Positions 1 to 6,450 of a DNA stretch of 64,000 nucleotides are shown here, piece after piece; positions within the stretch are counted from its first letter, which is position 1, and each line of letters begins with the position of its first letter. The position numbers and the translations under genes are program-made. The stretch lies in the NCBI GenBank assembly GCA_011176615.1, contig DUEG01000001.1:209-64208 (forward strand), given 5' to 3'. Origin of the DNA: Anaerolineae bacterium (GTDB lineage Bacteria; Chloroflexota; Anaerolineae; Anaerolineales; UBA11858). Under the pieces are notes generated by a model. It was not told the origin of the DNA, searched no databases, and saw only the letters and a program-made list of their open reading frames with translations.

Positions 1-392
1 TACTCTCCAATCTAATCTGGGCTCGCTTAGTGGATCGGTCTGGGAGTCGTCGAATGTTGTTCTTTTGTGCCATTATTTCGACTTTGACGCCTTTATCGGC
101 TATTGTTCTCGGCTCAATGGGGTGGCTCGCATTGTTACCAGTATTCTTTCTCGCCGGAGCAGCCTTTGATGGACGTAAAGTTGGTTTTCAGAGTGCACTC
201 CTTGAACTGGCTCCAGCCGCAAAACGAGGCACCTATGCAGGACTCAACACCGTACTAACCTTACCTATAGCCTTTCTAACCTTGATTGCTGGTTTGTTCC
301 TACAAAAATGGTCTTATAATGTTCTCTTTTTCTTTACCGCAGTTTTTATTGGAGCAGGCGCAATATTAATACATCGTTGGGCATCCCAATAA
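1..392 (+). CDS. 3' fragment of a polytopic membrane transporter gene (MFS-like); the 5' end lies outside the window
   Basis: The frame is open from the window edge to TAA 390-392. The product is a run of hydrophobic helices with short charged loops (..FDGRKVGFQSALLELAPAAKRGTYAGLN..), like the C-terminal half of MFS permeases. The family call is by resemblance only. Confidence 0.45.
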   Translation, partial: LSNLIWARLVDRSGSRRMLFFCAIISTLTPLSAIVLGSMGWLALLPVFFLAGAAFDGRKVGFQSALLELAPAAKRGTYAGLNTVLTLPIAFLTLIAGLFLQKWSYNVLFFFTAVFIGAGAILIHRWASQ

Positions 393-486
393 ATGCATTG
401 TTTATAATGGTAATCACGAGGCAAACAGGGATAATTTTTTAACAAGATCTTCTTTTAACAATCAATTAACAGTTTTACAGATATCC

Positions 487-515
487 TTGACATGTAAAGA
501 AATTTATGCAATAAT
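487..515 (+). promoter_or_regulatory. sigma70-type promoter of the SRAP gene
   Basis: TTGACA at 487-492, a 17-nt spacer, then an extended -10 TGcAATAAT at 507-515. The TTG that opens the tracked ORF at 487 is the -35 box itself. Confidence 0.5.
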
Positions 516-582
516 CACTATGCGCTCTTTGGCCTGCCCCCCTCAGGTCAAGGGGCGCCTTTGTCTACACAAGGAGTTTAAC

Positions 583-1269
583 ATGTGCGGTCGCTTCACT
601 TTAACAACGGACCCCGAGCAACTTCAAATTGCATTCCCATGGGTTTCTTTTCCGTTGAATATTAAGGAATTTAAACCTCACTATAACATCGCTCCAACCC
701 AACCTGTTGCTGTTATCCCAAATACCCAAGAGAAAAAATTGGACTTCTTCGTTTGGGGATTAATTCCTTATTGGGCAAAGGATCCAAAAATTGGCAGTAG
801 ATTAATTAATGCAAGAGCAGAGAGCCTGTCTCAAAAACCTTCTTTCAGAAATGCGTTTCGGAGAAGGCGATGCCTGATATTAGCAGATGGTTTCTATGAA
901 TGGAAACTAGAGACCAACAAAAAAACCAAAATCCCATATTATGTTCGTATGAAAAATCATCGTCCCTTCGGTCTTGCGGGCTTATGGGAATTGTGGCATG
1001 GAAAAGATGGTTCCGTGATTAAATCTTGTAGTATTATCACAACAACGCCAAACGCCCTGTTAGAACCGATACACAACCGAATGCCAGCGATTATCTCTCC
1101 CAATGCATACGAGAAATGGCTTGCAACAGAAGAGAAATCACCAGACGAATTGCAATCGCTTCTAATCTCTTACCCCCCTGATGAAATGGATGCCTTTCCG
1201 GTTTCAAGATTTGTAAACAATCCAGTAAACGATACTGTAGAGTGCATTACTCCTTTAATAAATCGTTAG
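583..1269 (+). CDS. SOS-response-associated peptidase (SRAP/YedK family, abasic-site DNA-protein crosslinking)
   Basis: The internal ATG at 583 is preceded by AAGGAG (571-576) and gives the family-defining N-terminus MCGRF (catalytic Cys2). HNRMP and the GFYEW-type core motifs are present. The upstream 32 codons of the tracked ORF overlap the promoter. Confidence 0.85.
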   Translation: MCGRFTLTTDPEQLQIAFPWVSFPLNIKEFKPHYNIAPTQPVAVIPNTQEKKLDFFVWGLIPYWAKDPKIGSRLINARAESLSQKPSFRNAFRRRRCLILADGFYEWKLETNKKTKIPYYVRMKNHRPFGLAGLWELWHGKDGSVIKSCSIITTTPNALLEPIHNRMPAIISPNAYEKWLATEEKSPDELQSLLISYPPDEMDAFPVSRFVNNPVNDTVECITPLINR

Positions 1270-1271
1270 AT

Positions 1272-2642
1272 ATGAATAAATTTGATTTCAAGATACATTC
1301 TTACGCAAATGATGATAGGCTGGCAAAAATCTATCATATTTTAAATTCTGCCCTTAATGCTGTTGACCCTTATCGCGCCATTCTTGAAAACGTAAGAAGG
1401 GATAATGAACGTCTATTTATAAACAATAACAGATTTAACCTTAACAAATTCAATAGTATCTATATAATTGGCGCAGGCAAAGCAGGTGCACCTATGGCAA
1501 GAGCCATAGAAGATATTCTAGGGCAAACGATAACAAAAGGAGTTGTTGTAATTAAACAACATTCTCCACAGCAATCAAACTCGACAACAAACAAAATTAA
1601 ATTAAGAACCGCCTCCCATCCCATCCCAAACCAGGCGGGGGTTCAAGGGACATCTGAGATCCTCCAATTATTAGACAAGGCTACTGAAAATGACCTTGTC
1701 CTTTGTCTTATATCCGGTGGCGGTTCCGCTCTCCTAACAGCGCCTGTTCCATCCATTTCCCTTGATGATCTTCAAATAATGACAAAACAATTGCTTACCT
1801 GTGGCGCAACTATCCACGAAATCAATACTTTGCGAAAACATCTCTCATTGGTCAAAGGCGGTGGTATTGCCAAACATGCTGCCCCCGCTCAAATTATCTC
1901 ACTGATTCTCTCGGACGTAGTTGGCGATCCTTTAGATGTAATCGCTTCCGGTCCAACATCCCCAGATTCCACAACCTATTCTGATTGTATTAATATACTA
2001 AGAAAGTATGATCTGTATAATGCAATCCCCAAATCTATCCAAACTTATATAAATGCTGGAAACCAAGGCGATTATCCAGAAACGCCCAAACCCAAGGATC
2101 CAATCTTCAATCGAATTATCAATTTGATCGTTGGAAATAACCTCATTGCTGCAAAAGCAGCCCAAAAACAAGCACAAGCAGAAGGCTTTAATGCTTTAAT
2201 CTTCTCAACGGAAATACAAGGTGAAGCCAGAGAGGTTGGAAAAGTTCTTGCTGCTGTTGCAAAACAAATCACAAAATCAAACGATCCGGTTCCACGACCA
2301 GCATGCATTATTTTTGGAGGCGAAACAACAGTAACAGTTAGAGGACAAGGGTTAGGAGGCAGGAATTTAGAGTTAGCATTAAGCACTGTTTCCGAAGTTG
2401 CCGGTTTGGAAGATATCGCAATCATCACACTTGCTACAGACGGAGATGATGGACCGACCCATACAGCCGGTGCGATCGTCACCGGAGAAACATACACCAG
2501 GGCGAAAAAACGAGGTCTTGATCCAATTAAATATCTTATTAATAATGATTCTTATCATTTCTTCGAACCACTTGGGAATTTACTAATTCCTGGTCTTACA
2601 GAGACCAATGTCAACGATTTGGCATTTATCTTCGCGTTTTGA
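1272..2642 (+). CDS. glycerate 2-kinase / hydroxypyruvate reductase-like protein (DUF4147 + MOFRL family)
   Basis: The N-terminal IIGAGKAGAPMA and C-terminal IFGGETTVTVRGQGLGGRNLELAL motifs are typical of MOFRL glycerate kinases. ATG 1272 lies 2 nt after the SRAP stop. Confidence 0.8.
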   Translation: MNKFDFKIHSYANDDRLAKIYHILNSALNAVDPYRAILENVRRDNERLFINNNRFNLNKFNSIYIIGAGKAGAPMARAIEDILGQTITKGVVVIKQHSPQQSNSTTNKIKLRTASHPIPNQAGVQGTSEILQLLDKATENDLVLCLISGGGSALLTAPVPSISLDDLQIMTKQLLTCGATIHEINTLRKHLSLVKGGGIAKHAAPAQIISLILSDVVGDPLDVIASGPTSPDSTTYSDCINILRKYDLYNAIPKSIQTYINAGNQGDYPETPKPKDPIFNRIINLIVGNNLIAAKAAQKQAQAEGFNALIFSTEIQGEAREVGKVLAAVAKQITKSNDPVPRPACIIFGGETTVTVRGQGLGGRNLELALSTVSEVAGLEDIAIITLATDGDDGPTHTAGAIVTGETYTRAKKRGLDPIKYLINNDSYHFFEPLGNLLIPGLTETNVNDLAFIFAF

Positions 2643-2714
2643 GCACAATCCCCATACAACAATCACAATAACTAGTCAAATCTTAAGAAAAAATAACCAA
2701 TATCAACTTGTTGT

Positions 2715-2794
2715 CCATAAGGTGACATTTTCGCTGAACACTTACAGGGTGTCAAATTCGCTGAACATCTACAATAGAACGCGTTCCCTTGACA
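2715..2794 (+). repeat. copy 1 of an ~80-bp promoter-upstream module (two 20-bp direct repeats 27 bp apart, an AGAACGCG box, then the -35)
   Basis: GGTGACATTTTCGCTGAACA (2721-2740) and GGTGTCAAATTCGCTGAACA (2748-2767); AGAACGCG at 2776-2783; TTGACA at 2789-2794. It aligns at about 75% identity by eye to 63869-63949. Confidence 0.7.
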
Positions 2795-2816
2795 TCTCTA
2801 AAACCTCTGGTAAACT
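2789..2816 (+). promoter_or_regulatory. sigma70-type promoter of the proS leader
   Basis: TTGACA at 2789-2794, a 16-nt spacer, then TGgTAAACT (extended -10, hexamer at 2811-2816). Confidence 0.5.
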
Positions 2817-2826
2817 AACCAACATC

Positions 2827-2883
2827 ATGAAAGTGGTTATGTCTTCCCCATTCCCAGTCCCTAGTATCCGAAACCTCCGATAG
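2827..2883 (+). other. candidate 18-codon leader mini-ORF (MKVVMSSPFPVPSIRNLR) in the proS leader
   Basis: The ATG lies 3-5 nt after the predicted TSS, so the mini-ORF is effectively leaderless. Three Pro codons fall within five codons (CCA 2848, CCA 2854, CCT 2860). TAG is at 2881-2883, and the terminator hairpin lies 49 nt downstream. Confidence 0.3.
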
Positions 2884-2931
2884 GCTTTCGATCTTTTGGG
2901 TTGGTAGACCACAATAATCTTGGACATGACT

Positions 2932-2962
2932 ACCCTCCGGATGAGAAAGCCGGAGGGTTTTT
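2932..2962 (+). terminator. intrinsic terminator / attenuator hairpin upstream of proS
   Basis: ACCCTCCGG (2932-2940) pairs with CCGGAGGGT (2950-2958) around a 9-nt loop, followed by TTTTT. It sits between the promoter and the proS ATG at 3009. Confidence 0.6.
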
Positions 2963-3008
2963 AATTTGAACAAGCCATTAAATCAGGCTATTTTTATGGA
3001 GGCTAAAA

Positions 3009-4781
3009 ATGCGAATGTCTCATCTTTTTGGACGAACTTTGCGAGAAGCACCTGCAGATGCTGAGATCCCAAGCCATAAGTTACTCGTACGTGCTGGTTT
3101 CATCCGCCAACTGGCAGCCGGTATTTTTACTGCGATGCCCTTAGCAAAGCGTTCATTGACGAAGCTCGAGAACATCATGAGAGAAGAAATGAATGCAATC
3201 GGGGGACAAGAACTTACCATGCCCGTTGTTCATCCCGCTGAACTGTGGCAAGAGACAGGTCGTTGGTATCAAATTGGGTCCGAGATGGGGCGCTTCAAGG
3301 ACAAGAATAACCGCGATATGGTCCTTGCCATGACTCATGAAGAAGTAGTCGCAGATTTGGTTCGAAAAGAGATCCATTCCTATCGTCAACTACCCATTTT
3401 AATCTATCATATCCAAACAAAATGGCGAGACGATCCACGTCCAAGAGCCGGACTGATTCGCGTACGCGAATTTACAATGAAGGATAGTTACAGTTTAGAC
3501 GCAACATGGGAAGGATTGGACAAACAATACCGCGCCCATTACCAAGCATATTTCAATATCTTTCACCGTTCAGGGTTACCCGTAATTGCTGTTAAATCCG
3601 ACGTCGGGATGATGGGTGGACAAATGGCTCATGAATTCATGTACCTGACCCCAATCGGTGAAGATACGTTACTTCTTTGCGATGATTGCGGTTATTCTGC
3701 CAATAGGCAAATCGCTAGATTCAAAAAGCATATTCTCCCAACCGAACCTCCACTACCAATCGAGAAAATTGCCACACCCGAAATCAAAACAATCGAAGAC
3801 CTAGCGAATTTTCTAGACATTCCAAAAGAGAAAACCGCAAAGGCTGTCTTTTTGATTGCGAGTATTACTGATAACAATGAAACAATCGATAAATTTGTCT
3901 TCGCTATCGTTCGGGGAGATATGGACCTCAACGAAACAAAACTTACCAATGCTTTGAAAGCCAAAGAACTGCGACCAGCGACCGAAGAGGAAATTCTCGC
4001 GGTTGGTGCTGTTCCAGGATATGCTTCACCAGTAGGTTTGAACGATGTGCTAATAGTTGTCGATAATATCATCCCCAAATCATCAAACCTCGTTGCCGGC
4101 GCAAACGAGGAAGGATATCACTTTCGGAACGTCAATTATGGACGAGATTACAAAGCGGATATAGTCTCAGATATTGTTGCTGCAAAAGAGGATGACTTGT
4201 GTCCTGTATGTGGACATCCGATGCACACAATTCGAGGAATTGAGGTTGGCAATATATTCAAACTAGGCACGAAATACAGTGAGGCACTTGGATGCACCTT
4301 CCAAGATAAAGACGGGAAAGATAAACCTGTTATCATGGGCTCCTATGGAATTGGGAGCGGACGATTATTAGCCTCTGTTGCTGAAGAACATCACGACGAA
4401 CATGGCCTCATTTGGCCAATCACCGTAGCACCTTATCAAGTACATCTAATCATACTGCCAGGCAAAGATAAGAAAGAGGTACAGGAAACTGCCGAGCGAC
4501 TCTATCAAAATATCAAAGAAGCAGGAATTGAAGTCCTTTTCGATGACAGGAATGAAAGCCCTGGCGTTAAATTCAACGATGCTGATTTAATCGGTAATCC
4601 CTTACGAGTTACAGTCAGCCAAAGATCATTAAATAAAAATTGCGTTGAATTTAAAAGACGTGATCAGAAGGAAAAGACAATGATACCTCTTGAGGCAATC
4701 ATCCCTTATCTAAAAAAATCGATCACAGAATTAGAGATGGAGATAAAGGAAAAAGAGGTCGAGGTACCATTTACAGACTAA
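3009..4781 (+). CDS. proS: prolyl-tRNA synthetase, bacterial type with inserted editing domain
   Basis: 590 aa. The N-terminus MRMSHLFGRTLREAPADAEIPSHKLLVRAGFIRQ matches the ProRS signature. Class II core motifs are present, with a large insertion between motifs 2 and 3. GGAGG lies 5 nt upstream of the ATG. Confidence 0.95.
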   Translation: MRMSHLFGRTLREAPADAEIPSHKLLVRAGFIRQLAAGIFTAMPLAKRSLTKLENIMREEMNAIGGQELTMPVVHPAELWQETGRWYQIGSEMGRFKDKNNRDMVLAMTHEEVVADLVRKEIHSYRQLPILIYHIQTKWRDDPRPRAGLIRVREFTMKDSYSLDATWEGLDKQYRAHYQAYFNIFHRSGLPVIAVKSDVGMMGGQMAHEFMYLTPIGEDTLLLCDDCGYSANRQIARFKKHILPTEPPLPIEKIATPEIKTIEDLANFLDIPKEKTAKAVFLIASITDNNETIDKFVFAIVRGDMDLNETKLTNALKAKELRPATEEEILAVGAVPGYASPVGLNDVLIVVDNIIPKSSNLVAGANEEGYHFRNVNYGRDYKADIVSDIVAAKEDDLCPVCGHPMHTIRGIEVGNIFKLGTKYSEALGCTFQDKDGKDKPVIMGSYGIGSGRLLASVAEEHHDEHGLIWPITVAPYQVHLIILPGKDKKEVQETAERLYQNIKEAGIEVLFDDRNESPGVKFNDADLIGNPLRVTVSQRSLNKNCVEFKRRDQKEKTMIPLEAIIPYLKKSITELEMEIKEKEVEVPFTD

Positions 4782-4814
4782 ATCGCTGATAAATTACAAA
4801 TGACAAGGAATAAT

Positions 4815-4860
4815 AATAAGGCATCTAAAACAACAACTCAGATGCCTTATTATTTTGTTT
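4815..4860. terminator. bidirectional intrinsic terminator between proS (+) and the SCP2 gene (-)
   Basis: A perfect 12-bp stem, AATAAGGCATCT (4815-4826) with AGATGCCTTATT (4840-4851). It is followed by ATTTTGTTT on the plus strand and preceded by an A/T-rich run. Confidence 0.6.
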
Positions 4861-4869
4861 ATTGGCTTA

Positions 4870-5199
4870 TTAACGTAGTTTGAAGAAGTTTGTTAACTTC
4901 ATCGCCAGATTTAGATCCCCAGCCAATTTAAGTTTTCCTTGCATAAATGCCTTCATCCCATCTATTTTCCCTAAGATGACATTTTTGTAATCCTCGGAAT
5001 CAGCCGTTAAAGTCATTTTAGGATTTTCTGCAACACCGGACTCCACCTCACATTGCCCGTCCTTAATCTTGATAATCCAATCACCAGCCTCTTCCCCCGT
5101 CAGATGATATTGGATCACTGCATCTACGCCTATCGCTTTTTCAGGGATAAATGCTTTTGGCATTCTATTCATTAAAGTTTCAATTGTTATCTCCGACAT
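4870..5199 (-). CDS. SCP2 (sterol carrier protein 2-like) lipid-binding domain protein
   Basis: 109 aa. The C-terminal GKIDGMKAFMQGKLKLAGDLNLAMKL is the SCP2 hallmark. AGGAG SD present. Starts 15 nt downstream of the thiolase stop. Confidence 0.75.
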   Translation of the reverse strand: MSEITIETLMNRMPKAFIPEKAIGVDAVIQYHLTGEEAGDWIIKIKDGQCEVESGVAENPKMTLTADSEDYKNVILGKIDGMKAFMQGKLKLAGDLNLAMKLTNFFKLR

Positions 5200-5214
5200 T
5201 TTCTTCTCCTTGAA

Positions 5215-6414
5215 TTAGTTCATATTTTGGAACACGCCAGCCGCGCCCATACCACCGCCAATGCACATGGTTACCAAACCGAATTCTACGTCACGTCGCT
5301 TCATTTCATAGAGAATTTGGGTGGTAAGCTTCGCTCCCGTGCACCCCAAAGGATGCCCAAGTGCAATTGCCCCGCCGTTAACATTGGTAATTTCTTCATT
5401 TAAACCGAGCGTACGAACAACTGCTACCGATTGCGCTGCAAACGCTTCATTTAATTCAATCAAGCCAAAATCATCTAATGACATACCCGTGATTTTCAAA
5501 ACCTTTGGAACCGCAGAAATTGGGCCAACACCCATAATCTCCGGGGGAACCCCTGCTGCCGCGAAGGCAATAAAACGCGCCATCGGCTTTAGTCCAAGAG
5601 ATTCCGCCTTTGCCCTGGACATTATTAGTACTGCAGCAGCACCATCACTCATTTGCGATGAGTTTCCAGCAGTGACTGTACCGCCCTCTTTGAAAACTGC
5701 CCTTAATTTAGCAAGCGCCTCCATGCTTGTATCCTTACGCGGTCCTTCATCCCGGCTGAAAACAAATTTCTTGGTTCTCGTTTTTCCATTGTGCCCCTCC
5801 ACAATTTCTACTTCCAAAGGAACAATTTCGGGATCAAATCGACCAGATTCGACCGCAGCGACTGCTCTCTGGTTACTCCGTAATGCAAAAGCATCCTGAT
5901 CTTCGCGGGTCACGCCATATTGCTCGGCAACATTTTCTGCAGTTAAGCCCATACTTGTAAACGCTTCAGGATAATCAACTGCCAAAGAAGGAGTAGGTGC
6001 GAACTTAATACCAGTCATTGGAACCATGCTCATTGACTCAACACCACCCGCAATCGCCACTTCTGTTTGACCAGCCATAATGGAAAAAGCCGCATGGGCA
6101 ATGCTCTGCATTCCAGATGAACAAAATCGATTTATCGTTTCTGCTGGCACAGACACTGGTAAACCAGCTCTAAAGCCAATTAAACGAGCAATGTTCATTC
6201 CTTGAGGTCCTTCTGGGAAGGCACACCCGAGAATCAAATCATCAATTTCCTTGGAATCAAGGACATCAACACGCTTCAGCAATTCCAGAATCACAGCCGT
6301 ACCCATTTCCTCCGATCTACATGTTGCCAAACTGCCTCTCTTTGCCTTACCAATCGCAGTTCGTACTGCTGCTACTATGACAGGATCGCGTGAGGGATCA
6401 TTTTTTGTAATCAT
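5215..6414 (-). CDS. acetyl-CoA acetyltransferase / 3-ketoacyl-CoA thiolase
   Basis: 399 aa. Active-site contexts are present: NRFCSSGMQ (Cys), NEAFAAQ, GGAIALGHPLGCTGA (His and Cys). AGGAG SD present. Confidence 0.9.
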   Translation of the reverse strand: MITKNDPSRDPVIVAAVRTAIGKAKRGSLATCRSEEMGTAVILELLKRVDVLDSKEIDDLILGCAFPEGPQGMNIARLIGFRAGLPVSVPAETINRFCSSGMQSIAHAAFSIMAGQTEVAIAGGVESMSMVPMTGIKFAPTPSLAVDYPEAFTSMGLTAENVAEQYGVTREDQDAFALRSNQRAVAAVESGRFDPEIVPLEVEIVEGHNGKTRTKKFVFSRDEGPRKDTSMEALAKLRAVFKEGGTVTAGNSSQMSDGAAAVLIMSRAKAESLGLKPMARFIAFAAAGVPPEIMGVGPISAVPKVLKITGMSLDDFGLIELNEAFAAQSVAVVRTLGLNEEITNVNGGAIALGHPLGCTGAKLTTQILYEMKRRDVEFGLVTMCIGGGMGAAGVFQNMN

Positions 6415-6450
6415 TTGTTACTCTCCTAATCATGTAATTTCTGTCTTAAG

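Noticed and set aside
393-582. LexA/SOS box upstream of the SOS-response-associated peptidase gene.
   Set aside because: No GAAC-N4-GTTC or CTGT-N8-ACAG type palindrome is present between the MFS stop and the SRAP start.
2608-2883. Tracked 91-aa ORF in the glycerate kinase-proS intergenic region.
   Set aside because: It runs through the repeat module and the promoter, has no SD and gives a low-complexity translation. Only its last 18 codons, downstream of the predicted TSS, are considered as a possible leader peptide.
2893-2912. T-box-like sequence TTGGGTTGGTAGACCAC upstream of the proS terminator. It contains UGGU, which could pair with the ACCA end of tRNA-Pro (A73).
   Set aside because: It matches the T-box consensus (AGGGUGGNACCGCG) only with three inserted bases. 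I could not build a canonical antiterminator with a 7-nt bulge. The ~70 nt between the predicted TSS and this motif is too short, and it lacks recognisable Stem I elements (K-turn, specifier loop, distal AG bulge). It is kept only as an alternative hypothesis pending an Rfam RF00230 scan.
5321-5899. Long antisense ORFs inside well-supported genes: 2072-2497, 5321-5899, 6776-7180, 7156-7728, 12873-13445, 22692-23156, 25266-25598, 32708-33094, 51125-51391, 51935-52390, 58586-59008 and similar.
   Set aside because: Each lies entirely within a longer ORF on the opposite strand or in another frame that has clear family motifs. Their translations are low-complexity or Ser/Pro/Ala-rich shadow frames without SDs.
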